Assembly (NCBI RefSeq): GCF_009914755.1 | Contig: NC_060933.1 | Length of the DNA stretch: 64,000 nucleotides | Direction: 5' to 3' (one strand) | Origin: the human T2T-CHM13v2.0 reference genome, Homo sapiens | Shown here: positions 26,061-40,734 of the stretch, piece by piece | How the letters are laid out: the number at the start of each line of letters is the position of its first letter | How positions within the stretch are numbered: position 1 is the stretch's first letter | Made by a program: the position numbers and the translations under genes | The notes under the pieces: model-generated | The model's database searches: none | Seen by the model: the letters and a program-made list of their open reading frames with translations, nothing else | What the model was told of the DNA's origin: nothing

Positions 26061-26181
26061 TTTTTTTTCTTTTTAATACATAGAGACAGGGGTCTTGCCA
26101 TGTTGCTCAAGCTGGTCCCAAGCTCCTAGCCTCAAGCAATCTTCCTGCCCCAGCCTCCCAAAGTGGTAGGATTATAGGCAT
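26061..26181 (-). mobile_element. FLAM_C/AluJ left monomer
   Basis: tagagacagggggtcttgccatgttgctcaagctgg...cctcaagcaatcttcctgcc...ggattataggcat. Confidence 0.85.
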
Positions 26182-26251
26182 AATCTTGTTTCCCCTTTTA
26201 AAAATTTTTTGAAAATATTTTGAAATGCTTTTCACAAAAAAGTGGGAAAAA

Positions 26252-26593
<342 letters not shown>

Positions 26594-29500
26594 TAAAGAT
26601 GATGAACTCCAAAATATCTGGTTGAGGTGGGTGACCTGCACATCCATATTGAAATGAAAGTAAGAGAGACTAAAGCTGAATTCATAAGAGCAGACAACAA
26701 AACTGCTATCCCCTAGAACGCTGGGAAGAATGCCTCAGGGGCACCAATTGAAAGTCCTAACAAGCTAGCTCCAAAGAGAAGAAAAGCCAGCCACCTAGGT
26801 ACAGCCTGGACAGTGAGGTCAGGAGAAGGGGAACATGGACTCTGTGTGTGTTGAGCTTGCTACTTCCAGGCATTTTATTTCCACACCATTTCCTGCTGCA
26901 GCAGAAACCATGAAAGACTCGCTTCCCTGCTGGTCAAACTGGCCCCAGCAGCCACATTGCAGAGACTGACACTTTTCCATGGAAGTTTTTCCTGTACTAG
27001 CTCTCTCTGTTATCCATTCGATAACTCAGGGTAGCCTGAATTTGTGTCCTATATTGATTGAAAGTAATTTGAGCTAAGTCTTGTGTAGGTCCTTGTCCTT
27101 AGAGGTCCTTGTTCTTAGACCAGAGAATGTGGGCCTGGGAGAAAGTACACATAGAATTCCTGCAGAGCCAAAAGCCCCATTCCTGGTCCCCTCCAACAAG
27201 TGCTGAAATCAGGCCAGCAGCCAGGGCTTCTGGGCCCTGATGTTTCCTGCACACAGTTCTGGGTGCTGTCATAATCCACTGCACAGGAATAAGAAACCAA
27301 TAGCATTGAATTCTAGAAATGTAGTTATCTGCATCAGGAGACAAAACTCAAAAAAGCAGGAAACAGAATGAACTCAGGATCCTATTCCTGGCTCTGTCAC
27401 CAAAGTGTTTTTTGAATTTGGGCAAGCTGTTTCACCTCCCTGGGCCTTGGATTCTCCATCTGTACAATCAAAAGTTTGAATAATATCCCTGAGGTCCTTT
27501 ATAGTACATACTATAATTTTTGGAAGAATTGGAGAGCAAGTGAGTGTGAACCCTGGGTGATTCTCAGTCTGAATCCAAAATGAGGCCAGAGGCACTCAGA
27601 TGGGCAGAATCTCGGCTGGGTTTCAGGGGTTGTGAGGATTCGAGTCAGTAAAGAAAAAGGATTAAAAAAATTCTTTGAGTGGGAGCAACGTGAGCAAGGC
27701 AGGGAGGCTGGCTCAAAACTGCATGGAGTGGGGTTAGGGAGGGAGGAAGAAAGCATGCAAGGATCAGCTCACTTAGTCTAATTCAAACTGCAAAGCCCAG
27801 CACAATGCTTCTTCCCTCCAGGAAGCCTTCCAGAGTTCCAATATTCACACTGCCTCTTCAGCCTGAATCATTCCTTCATGATGATCTCATTAGTACTCAT
27901 TAGCAGACACAAATTGTTGAGTACCTACTCTGAGCCATGGGTTTTAATTATTATCTCACTCAACCATTTCAACCACAAGGGTTGGGATAGGTATTAGTAA
28001 AGCCAAGATGCAAAAGTATCAGGTTCAGAGAGGTTATGTTCCTTGTCCACGTTCGCCCAGCTAGATCAAATCTCTTTACAACGACTTCATTCTGTTTATT
28101 CTTGGCTGATTTTCCTACTAGATGTTGAGCTTCTCAAGGACAGGTCACCTCTACCTCTGTATTTTCAGAACCTGGCATAAGTTGAAGCTGATTATAAAAA
28201 TACAAACTCAAATGAGATTATTCTGGATACCCAGACAAAGATACAGATTGTAGCAGGTTAGGAAGCTAAATGTGGACAGTGAATGCAATTGGCAGCCTTA
28301 CTCCACTGAGTCGATCCTATTTTGTTTATTCTGAGTCATTCTCCAGGTTGCCCAGCCAAGGAAACCTTTGGTGTTCTCCTCTCCTCCCACCCACTGGCTA
28401 TGCTCTCTAAATGGCAGTTGTTTCCTAGCTCAGAGAAATATAGAGTTCATCACATGAAAGGAGAGTAGAAGGAGAACCCAGCGTCCCTTTGCTGGCCTTA
28501 AGTGATCCAGCCCTGGAAAACAGGACCCTGGGGTGTGAGGACCTATGAGGGAGAAGCAAACTGTAGTAGAAAAAACAAAATGAAGAGTGAACAGAGTTAA
28601 ATGATTCCTCTAGGGTGACTAACAAACGGATTTGGTTGAGATTACAGAGAACCTTTGAAAGCCTTTATGCTTCTGCCAATGAATCTGAATTCATTTCATT
28701 GGACTAAGCCCCAGCTGGCCCTGATTTGGAAGAGACCATTAGAAGAGCTGGAGGAACACACATTCTTTTGCTGGGCAACCCTGGGAAAGTCTCTCTAACT
28801 TGCTGTGTACCAGGGTCCTTATTTGTAGAATGGAAATGATTCTAACAGCTCTGTCTATTTCACAGGTCAGCCCCAGAGACAAAATAAGAAAATATGCACA
28901 GAATCAGTCTCATACCCATTCTAAAAATTAGAAAACTGAAGCACAGAGAAGTTAGTGACATTATCAGAATCCTAAAGCATCAAGGGATGGCTTCAAGTCA
29001 CAGAGAGTAAATGCAGCACTTAGCTTGGAGGATCTTCTAATTAAGTTATAGATATAGATATATGTGTATATACACATATATGATATATACAATAGAGATA
29101 TCCAATATATATACTATATATGTAGTGTGTACATTATTTAATGTATGTTAACATTATTTAATGCTTATGATAACCCTGTAGACTAAATCACATCTCCTTT
29201 TATAAATTAAGAAACTGAGGCTTAGATAGGAATGTGGTTTGCCACAGGTCAATCATAAGTAAAACCAGAGCTTGGATTTGAACCCAATTCTGTGTGACTC
29301 TAGACTTTGGGTACCTGACCCATTGAGTTACTTGATTCCCAGTGGTTGGAGTTCATAATGCATATCTAAAAGAGAAAATGTATCTATTTTTGTTTTAATA
29401 TATATGTAGGATTATAAAAGCCCATGTTCAAATGAATAGGAATCCTTGTAATCAACCAGGAGATACTGTAGTTTGTTAACATCAAATCATCTCTGAAGTC

Positions 29501-30429
29501 TTTGCTATTTTGCCCTACCTTGTACACATATATTCCCAACTCCCACAAGACTATGAACTTGCACTTTTAAGGGTATAACCTTATTCTGTTTATCTCTGTC
29601 CCTTTGACACCGTCCATCACAGTGACCAGCACACAGTAGATGCTCATAAAATGTGTGCTGAGTCCAATAGGACTATATAGGTACTCTGTCCCAACTGATG
29701 GTTCTAAGAAGACAGCTGGGGAGGTTTCATGTACAGTCTTAACATGATGGACTCTCCAAGATTAATCCTGAAATGGACACACTGTCAGGTAACTCCAATG
29801 CAACATATTGGATGCTTGGGACCAAGTCCATCCATACTATAAGCTCTCCTACAACCTCAAAAGGAGAAAATCTCCAGTAATACCTATAGTGCTGTTTTCA
29901 CTAGTTTCTGCTGGATCATTAATCCCAAAGCATGAGCTGTGTGTCTCTGGTAGCTATTATCTTCAAGAAGCATGCTCTACTAATGGCTCATATGGTATAT
30001 GATACAGGCATATCAAAATCAAGCCTATTAACTGGGAAAGGGTGTCAGGTAACCCTGGATTCCTTAAAAGAGAACCCCCAAATAGCAGTAAAGAGCAAAA
30101 TCCTCCCTCTGTCCTCCCCATCTGATCACCCACTCACTTCTGCCCTTCGTTTCTCTCCTCTCCCATCCTTTCCTCACTCCTCCAGTTTCTCTGTTCTTTT
30201 CACTTTCCCTTTTTTCCTTGTCTCCTTCATTTCCTTATCTGTTATCTTTTCTTCTTCATTCTCTTCCCCCTTCCCTCTCTTTCATGCTTTTATCCCTCAT
30301 GGCAGCCAGACAAAACATCTTTACTTGAGGACTCATTTTCCTGAAATATCTATCACAGTCATCTGAATTGGATACCTTCTTAAGTATTTAATACATCCAA
30401 AACAAGGCCCATAAGTATATATCATATTT

Positions 30430-31420
30430 CCTAATGACAGTTAATTTATGTTTAACTATCAAAGCAATACGTGAATACAGTCCCTTGGTTATTTTAAGTT
30501 TAAATCATAGGTAATTGCCATTATTATGAGAACACCTTCCTGATTTTTCTTTTCATATGTATATGTGTATAAATGTACTCTTAGAAAATATAAACTATTT
30601 TTGTGGGTTATGTTTAATACACATGTGAAATGCTACTATATGGATCATTTTGTATCTTTTAACAAAATCTCCTTATAGAACCTTTAACATCAATACAATT
30701 AGTTGTTTTATTATTTGTAATTACTGCAGAAGGTTCTATACTGTCCATAAACCACAACTTACTTATGCATTAACCCATCGGTGGATATGTAACCTGCTTC
30801 TAATATTTTCACTATTACTTTACAAATCATCTGGCAATGAGTACCTTCATCCATGCTTCCCACTATACTGGTGCATGTTTTCTCCAGGGTAGATACTGAG
30901 AGATGGTATAGCTGGGTCAAACGATTTGCCCACTTTAAATGATGTAGATACTGCATGATTTCCTTCCAAAGCAGATTTAAATTCTTTGTCTTAATTTCGT
31001 TTATCTTCCCTTTCTACTCCCCTTTACTTCTAGCATTATTATTATTATTCACATACAATAAAGCTGATTTAAATTTTTAGTGTACAGTTCCATGAGTTTT
31101 GACAAATGTATAGTATTAACCACCATCAGAGTAAAGAACAGCTCCATCATCCCCCAAATCTACTTTTGTAATCAAAAGTAATCAGCCTTGGAAACCACTA
31201 TTCTGCCGTCCATCCTTATAGTTTTGCCTTGTTCAGAAAGTCATATAAATGAAATCATAGAGTGTGTAGCCTTTTGGGTCTGGCTTCTTTCACCTACCAT
31301 AATGCCTTTGAGATTCACTCAAGCTGTTGAATTTATCAGTAGTTCATTCATTTTATAGTAGCCTATGTGTAGAGGCATCACAGTTGTTTTACCCATTCAC
31401 CTGTTGAAGGATATTTGAAG
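30430..31420 (-). mobile_element. Two old L1M (ME/MC-like) antisense fragments
   Basis: tgtacagttccatgagttttgacaaatgtata, ccttatagttttgccttgttcagaaagtcatataaatgaaatcata, tttacccattcacctgttgaagga; gatactgagagatggtatagctgggtca. Confidence 0.65.
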
Positions 31421-31534
31421 TTTTCTGTCTTTATTTTTCCCTTCTGCCCACATCCTTTTTATCCACTCCTCCTTCGCTCTTTCGTCCAATGCATTAGCTT
31501 TGAAATCTCCATGAAGGACGCAGAGAATACAACT

Positions 31535-31768
31535 CCAGGCATTGGTTGGTCAAAGTCAGCTTTTAGGGGCTCATAGAAGTTGAATGTATTCCTCGCTTCC
31601 TAATTCCACATTTAGGAACATCAAGTTGGTAGCTTGATGGTGAGGATGTTTACCCCCTGGAAATTGGCAAACACTATCAGAGCTTTATTTGGGGGAGGGA
31701 GGGTGAACATCATTAATGATTATTAAATATTGGAAACAGCTGCTAAGCATATACCAGCACATTACTGA
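31535..31768 (+). mobile_element. MER63-like hAT DNA transposon
   Basis: caagttggtagcttga...tttaccccctggaaattggcaaacacta...taccagcacattactg terminus. Confidence 0.6.
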
Positions 31769-32806
31769 TTACAAGAGAGGAACCTACTATGTCAGAACTA
31801 GAAATAAATGCCAAAGCCATTTATAAGGCCCCGATTAAGTAGTGCAGATGGACACAGGTGAATGCTGAGGGAAAAGGTGCCTGGTTATCAGAGTTAGTGC
31901 CTAATTTCTTGAACTAGTACAAAATATGTCATAACATTTTAGAAAAAGAAAGGACTCCTTGAGATGTAAACATATCTAGTAATCTCTCCAGGCAGTAAGT
32001 ATGGCATCTATGAAGAAGGAATTGAGGAATATTGGGAAGTCCATCCTATCTTCCACTCTATTCTTATTCCTCAAACCCCTTGCTTGATATATTAAAAAAG
32101 AGGTTACCCCCCTACCTCTGCTTAGAAAACTTTCCAGTAGCTGGCAACTCTCTATGGCATTGGAATTTTTCTTTATCTATACTGAATCATATTCTTTATA
32201 TGGATTATTCCATATATCGAATATTATATAGTTATTCCTTATCTATACTGAATCAGTCTCTACCCTATGTCTTTTCCCTACTGTTTTTCTTTCCAGCACT
32301 TGGATGAGGTAGACAAATCTCGTTTCTTGTTTTTCCCCTTCTCTGGGACTCTTCTGTGTTTACAACTCAATATTTGCACTGGATGATCTCTCAGGTCCCT
32401 TTCAGAACCTCTGACTTCCTGGAGCCCCTGCTCCAGCCCTCCCATGGATCCCCTCTTCGCCTCCCTGCCTCTCTCCCACAGCCCTACTGCCCTGAGGGCA
32501 CTGGCTGCGTTTGGAGCCTTAATCTTTCTGAGCAGTGAACCATTCCCTACACAGTCAGAGGCAGGGCCGCCTTGCTGACTGATTGTTGGCTAATTTTATT
32601 TGGCACTGTTTTTCTGGCCTCATATAGAGCCTATTAGAGAACCATTTTCATGTTCCATAGATTCTATTTGTGACTCTGCTCCAATGCGGGGATTCAAACA
32701 AAGAGATGGATAAAGGGGCCTTAGGAACTAAGGGATGCCCTGTAAGAAGTGAGTAAATAAGACAAATTCATTTACCTTGCATCTTTTTTTAAAACAACTT
32801 AAAGCA

Positions 32807-33120
32807 GCTGGGCGCGGTGGCTCACGCCTGTAATCCCAGCACTTTGGGAGGCCAAGGCAGCTGGATCACGAGGTCAAGAGATCGAGACCATTCTGGCCAA
32901 CATGGTGAAACCCTATCTCTACTAAAAATACAAAAATTAGCTGGGCGTGGTGGTGCGTGCCTGTAGTCTCAGCTACTCAGGAGGCTGAGGCAGGAGAGTG
33001 GCTTGAATCCAGGAGGCAGAAGTTGCAGTGAGCCGAGATTGCGCCACTGCACTCCGACATGGTAACAGAGCTAGACTCCATCTCAAAAACAGCAACAACA
33101 ACAACAAAACAAACAAACAA
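32807..33120 (+). mobile_element. AluSc
   Basis: gatcacgaggtcaagagatcgagaccattctggccaac diagnostic; TSD aaaacaactta(a/g)agca. Confidence 0.93.
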
Positions 33121-34438
33121 AAAACAACTTAGAGCACTTTTCTGTCAATTGATTTTTACATCCAAAATATCCCAAAAAAGAAAGCAGATATAATACTTTA
33201 CTTCCATTTTATTGGTAAGAAAACTGAGGTACAGAGATGAGATCTACACTGATTTACCAGGGCTCAAAGTAAAACAAGTACAGAGCCAAGTTGAGAACTC
33301 TGATCTCCTCAGGTACTTCCCAATGCTCTGTGCACAAGAGAGAAATAAAATAACATGAACTCAGGCTATTTGGGGAAAGTTCAGTGTGAATAAATTAGAA
33401 GGATGAGTAATTTAATATTTGAAAACAAACATCACCTAATGGATGTATTAACTGAAAACTGTGTCCCTATCTAAACTCTTAGTTTGGTAAACTTCCACTC
33501 CTTTAGAACTCAACTCAGCTATATTATTAACCATGGGGATTTCGCCAGGATTTCGCCGTGCCCATGCACGGTTCCCCTGTGAGGTGTCTCCAGATCATCC
33601 TGTCCATTCATCCACCATCTCCCTGATGCATGTGTTCACAGCCCAGTCTCCCTTAAGAGAGTTGAGCTCCTTGAGAGAAAGGGTTGTATCTTATTTACCT
33701 CTGTATCCTCAGCACTTAAAATAATACCCAGAAAATAATAGGTGCTTCAAACACATGTCTCAAATGAAACCCATGGAAAACCCTTCAGAGGTAGCCAAAG
33801 CCTCGTTCACATTAATTGTGTAGAAAAAGGTGGAAATTAGTTGAACAAGTGTTGATCACTGAAGGCCTGCACTAATGAACTGATGAAAATAAATCATAAT
33901 TAGCATATCAATTCTGTATGCAAGAAAAAGATGCCTACAAAACATGCTTAAAATGTTTGCATGAAATATTGTCAAAGGAATGCTGGAAATTGCGTTCATG
34001 CCAATTTATTATTTAACAATTTTCCTTTCAAAGAGAGAGCAAAAGAAAGCTCACTACCTGCCCAAATCAGTGTACTTTCTGAATTACTGGGGTCAAAATT
34101 AATGAGGCTTATAAGAATGATCATATGCTTTGACCTAATAACCTCCTGGGAATCTATCCTAAGGAAATACCTCAAAAGAAGAAAAATGCTATATGTACAA
34201 AAAGATCATAACATCTTTTGTTATAATTTGAAAAAAAATGGCAATAAAATAAAATGTCCAGCATAAAGAAAATAGTAGATGATCTTGGCAGAAACTCTCT
34301 GGGACACAGATACATGTTTACAGAATTAGCTTTCACAAGAAGTGCAGGAAATTCATGTTAGATATATGGATGTACAATAACATATAAAGAAAAGATGCAG
34401 TTGGTTGTAGACAGTGAGAACATGGATGAAATAACTAG

Positions 34439-34747
<309 letters not shown>

Positions 34748-35859
34748 AAAATATCTAGTATTTTTAAATGCTGTTGAATCAAACCCAATTGAGATGCAGC
34801 AATAATTACTTAGTAGGTCTAACTGAACCAGGAATCTCACTACTCAAGTTTGTCACCTAATAATGTCCCCGCCTCATTCATCCTTTATTTTGTTTGTTGA
34901 ACGTCACTGTGTATGAGACACTCGGTATACAAAGGAAAAGACATGTTCCCTGTCCTCAATAGCAATCTAGTGTGAAGAACTGGCCCCAAGTCAGTTCAGT
35001 ACAAAGCAACATTAAATAATTGCTCTAGTAATACAGCAAGTGAGATTTATTTAATTCTGAAAGAGCAGGGGTGTATGAAAGAAGACTTCTGAGAGCAGGA
35101 ATCATTCAACCATGCCTTGAAGACTGCTTAGGACTTTGACAGATGGAGGAAATGTGGGTAAAGCCACAGAGGTTTGATTTTGCCCAATGTGCCCAGGAAA
35201 TGGAAACATTCTCTGCACCACCCAGAGGTACAGGAAAGGCAGATGCTGGAGTTAATCAGGGTTTTAGGCTGGATGGTGTAGGAACCTGGAGGGCAAAGCC
35301 AGGGAGTCCAGCCAACCCTACTGACACTGGTTCTGAGAGTGTAGAAATGTGACAGGCTATGGATGGGTCAGGAATTACACACAGTTCTCATTGCTCACTG
35401 CCTTTCATGCCTGGCCTGGCAGAGATACTTCTCTGAATATGGGATATTTTATTCTGTTTTTAAGAGCTCTTCATTTGTCATCTGGGATAGAAAGTTGGAC
35501 CTGGTTGCAATCTGCAATCAATCAGCCTGCTTTTGCGGAAGAACTACCAGGAAACCAGTTCTCTTCTCTGTAGGTCTTTTAGCATTGATGTAAGCATTCA
35601 AAAATCACTTAGGCAGTGTGTATGAGAAAGAAGGGAGGGAGGGTGGGAGAGACAGAGAGAGTAAAAGTAAAGAAGGGATCAGGGAGAAGAAGGGAGGAGC
35701 AGGGAAGGGAGAAAGAGAGGTATCATAGATTCTCTATGGTATCATGGGATTCTCTATGGGCGAGTGAGAACAAGTCAGCATTGTCAGGGAATATGAAGGG
35801 TGTGTTCCCTTTGGAAAAATATTCAAAATTATTCATTATTCTGCTAGTTCATAACACAT

Positions 35860-36320
35860 CCTTATACATTTACTTATGCTTATATAAATCTAGCATTTAT
35901 GCATATAGACATATAAACATTTTTAAGCAAAAATAAGGTCATGATGTGTGTGTATGTGTATGCAACTTGCTTTATTTTTCATTTCAACAATATATCATGG
36001 TTTTTTTCCAGATCAGTACACATAGATTGTTTTCATTCTTTTTAGTGGCTTTGCAGTATTACAAGAATGCACCATAATTTCTTTGAGCAATCCCTTATTG
36101 ACAGGTATTCAGCTTGTTTTCATGTTTTGTTCCTCTTGGCTAGTTACAAATGGTGTTGCAGTAAATATTGTTAAGTGTACCTCTGCACACATTGTGAGTA
36201 TTTCTTAGAAATGATTCCTAAAGTGGAATTATGGAGTCATAGCTCATAGGCATCTTGAATTTTCAAAAATACAAACTTATATTTCCATGAACAAAGTCTG
36301 AAAATGTTGATTTCTCCTCA
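35860..36320 (-). mobile_element. Old L1ME-like fragment
   Basis: ttttcattctttttagtggct...caccataattt...tcccttattgacagg...gattcctaaagtggaattatggagtcatag. Confidence 0.55.
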
Positions 36321-37404
36321 CCCTCTGAGGGTTTGAATAGCTTTGACAAGGCCCTTCACCCTACCTAAGTGATTCTTGTCTCACACCCACCTCCATCCCT
36401 TCCCTGTGAATTACTATGTGTAGATGAGACGACAGTGTTGGGGAGAGTGCTGAACTTGGGAATGGTGCTTAAACAGAAAGTAGATGAAATCCACAGGAGG
36501 AAAGAGCTGGGATACTTGGGTTGTAGCTGTGGCCCTGCAAATAAGTAGCATGGGATCCCTTCCGTAAGATCCAGCAAAATGGGTAAGGCTTTCTGGACCT
36601 TGGATTCCCATCTGGAAAACAAGGAAGTTGGCATCTGATCATTAAAGGTCTCTTTTGGCTCTGACATCCAGTGATGAAAGGAGAACTGAACGAGAAGAAG
36701 GACAGAGGGAGGAGGGGAAGAATGTAAAAGAGAAGAGTAATAAGGAGGAAAAGCAAAAATGGGTGATAAAAGAAAAGGAAACAAATTAAAGAAGAGTAGC
36801 AATGAAAAGTAAGCCCATCTCCACTGTTATTGTTACAGAAAAGCCCTTACAAAATTCAATATGCAGGAATGCCAGGAGCTATAACCTTTGAAAGAAAGAG
36901 AAAGGGATTCTGGAAGGGGACTGGGGAACAAGAATGTTGTTCCTTTATTTTCAAAAACCCCAAATTTAATTTTGCCCAGAAATAATGTTTTTCATGTTGA
37001 GTGAAACCAAGGGGAGAGTAATAGCTGGTCACAGTGGAGAGACAGCAGTGATAGATTACCTCTTACGGTTGCGCTTTTCCCTATGTACCGCAAACACAAA
37101 AGCTCTATGCCCCTGGGAGGAAGGTAGGTTCTTTCTCTCTTCAATGTTGTATTAATCACAGCTGCCAAAGTTATCGCCCTCACTGACCACTTCTTAGATT
37201 CCTTTTAAGCCTTTTCAAAGCAGAAATTGATGACAGGACTTGACCAAGGATACAGAGTTACGGAGAGGTAGAAAGAGGACCAGACTAGCAGTTCACAGAG
37301 CTTGGAGCGTGAATCTGCATTCTCACCGGCTGTGGTTGTAAATGAGATCATTTGTTCTTTCTGGGCCTCCTTGAGTGTTTCTTTAGAATGAAGGGGTGGA
37401 AACA

Positions 37405-37628
37405 AACAGTAGTCCTCATCGTCCCTGGAACTGCAGCCTCAGCTGCCTCAGCTGCCTCAGCATCACCTGGCAGCTTGTTAGAAATGCAAAATCTCCAGCC
37501 CTGCCCCAGACAGACCCAGTGACTCAGAAACTGTGGGTGGAGCCCCACAATCTGCTTTGGCAAGCCCTCTTGCTAACTTGCTTTAGCAAGATGATTATGA
37601 TGCAGGTTAAAGTCTGAGAATCACTGAC
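37405..37628 (+). mobile_element. MER5A hAT-Charlie element
   Basis: cagcatcacctggcagcttgttagaaatgcaaa...gactcagaaactgtgggtggagccc...aaagtctgagaatcactg. Confidence 0.8.
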
Positions 37629-37750
37629 CCAAAAGATCACTAAAATACTTGCCACTTTCACGGACACAACTTTGCCCTAAGGAATTTTTTAAAGTGGCGG
37701 GAGGGGGAGGGTGAAATTCAACATCAAACAACCTTTCCTACTCTCAGATC

Positions 37751-38039
37751 TTTTTGACAGAGTCTCGCTCTGTTGCGTAGGCTGGAGTGCGACGGCACGA
37801 TCTCGGCTCACTGCAACCTCCGCCTCCCGGGTTCAAGCAATTGATTCTCTTGCCTCAGCCTCCTGAGTAGCTGGGATTACAGGCGTGGGCCACCACAACC
37901 GGCTAATTTTTGTATTTTTAGTAGAGATGAGGTTTCACCATGTTGGCCAGGCTGATCTCGAACTCCTGACCTCAGGCGATCCACCCACCTCGGCCTCCTA
38001 AAGTGTTGGGATTACAGACGTAAGCCACTGCGCCTGGCC
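37751..38039 (-). mobile_element. AluSx-like, very short tail
   Basis: Antisense dimeric Alu; TSD ctctcagatct. Confidence 0.92.
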
Positions 38040-40275
38040 TCCTCTCAGATCTCTTAACACAAGTACCATACCGTCACCTGATGCTATCATTCCTCCTTTT
38101 TCTCCTTAGGCTGGTTTCATAACACCTTGCTGTTTAAATACAGCCCTTGGACCACCACCAGCAGCATCTGGTGAGTTTCAGAATCCTCTGGGGAATTGCA
38201 GAATTCCCAGGTCCCACCTGAGACCGAATGAATCCAAATCTATAGTTTTAATGAGATCCTCAGCTGATTCAAATATACATTAACTTTGAAGGGGCCTGCC
38301 ACCAGTCCTCTTATTTCTCTCCACTCCCCTCCCATCTGGGTTTCGCTTTTTGCTCCTTTCTGCATCGCTTTCTTTTGACTTGAGTTTTCTCTGGGAAAGC
38401 CCATGCTTTCTAGGAGCATGGCTTAGACCAAGGTTGATGCTCAGATTTTACAAATTCCATACTATCCAGAGACTTGAATATCCAATTTCACACTCAGAGC
38501 CAGAATCCGATGAAGCTGCAGTTTTCTCTTCCCGCTGTGGGAGGCAATGTGGTACAGGCAAGAGGCCCTAACTCAGCCATCCTCTGAGTTGCAATACCAG
38601 CTGTGCCCTAGCTCTGTGTTTGGCAAAGATGTTGAAGCTTTAGGAGCCTCATTTTAAAAATGGATATAGTCTCACTTTTGGGGGGGTGGTTGTAAGGCTC
38701 AAATGAGATAATGGAAATGGCTGTAAAAGCCCCAATTCAAATACAAGGAATTATAATGACTCTTATCAAAGCAACTCTTTCCCTCCCTTTTCTTAGGGCT
38801 TTTCCAAGAGCAGATCTCAACCACTTGTCCCCTCACCCTGTGCTGCTGAAAATGGGGACCAATTTCCATTTTTTCAAGCCTGTCCCCAGGGTTTTTATTA
38901 GAGAAGCAAATAAAAGATTGCTCCACTCCCTCTTTCTCAATAAATGTGTTTATCGCCCTGTAAATTCCAACATATCAGTAGCTTGTTACAGAGAGGAAAG
39001 TTCGCTGCCAAGAAAGATGTGTCATTCCACAGGAAATTTGGGTTTAATATATACAAGGGAGCCGGCTCATGGAAATCTCTTTGGAAATGATAAAGTCCTA
39101 TAATGAAAAATACCACTACAATACTGGGCTCATTTCAGCAGATAAATATTTAATATAGATCAGCCAAGATTAACTGCCTACTGAAACATGCCTGTCCTCT
39201 GGCTGGTGAGGAAAAAGAGCATCTTTACGTTAATTTATGACGGAGTTTTTGAAACAAGCAAAGCTTAGCTTGTCCCGGGTTCATTTTGCCTGCCACTGAG
39301 AAATGCATCGCACGGTTCCCAAGGCCTTCTGCTCAGCTCTGGGCTCCTGCTGCAGTGTGGAGTGGACTGGCCACTCCTTCGCATACTAATCAAGTTCTTG
39401 CAGGCATCAAAAAAAAAAAAATAGGTTGTAGAGAATCACTGAAATCAGGACATGGTACAAGCCAGTGAGAAAGACCATCGTGGTCTCAGAAGGCTGGTGC
39501 AGAATGGATCTGCACATTCGAACGGGATGGCAGAGGGGAATCAAGAAAATGAGGGAATCACATACATGTGTCAGCACTGAGTAATTTGATTCAAGCATTT
39601 ATATCCATTTAACGCTTACCATCAAAACAATTACATACAGGTGTTCCCATTTTATAGATGAGCACGCACTGAAGCTGAGAGCAGTTAACTGAACTTCCTC
39701 AAGGTCCACATAGCTAATAAGTGTTAGAGGTGTGGTTTCAGCTTAAGCATTTCTGACTCCAGAGCCCCTCAACATAACCCTTAATCTAATTATTTATCTA
39801 ATTGTCAAAGTCTTGTACTTAGGGATTAATAGCATAGAGGGAACTTCAAGTTCAGGCTGCAAGATACTTTGTACCTCCTCATTCTTTCTATTTACCCATT
39901 TTCTTTTTTTCCCTCCTCATCTAACTATCCCTTAGGTTTTCTTGAATCCCCAGAGGATTTCTGGTGCCTTGGTAGTGGTGTGTATCTGGTATCATTCAGG
40001 AAGAAACACAATTTTACCAGTGACTCCAGCGGGGCTCTTTTCCTGGTATTCAGTTGTCATATCCTACTAACTCATTCTTTTCTTAGGAAACTGAGATCCA
40101 ACTTATACCAGGAAGGAAAACTAAAGAGGCTCAAACAAAACCACCAACATCCCCGGGCAAACAGCTGTGCAACTTGGAAATCAATTCATGCTCATCATTC
40201 TCCCCCAATTATCAGCATCTTCAAAATCATCATTGCCATCAACTTTATCATCATTAATATGAATATCAGCATTGA

Positions 40276-40734
<459 letters not shown>

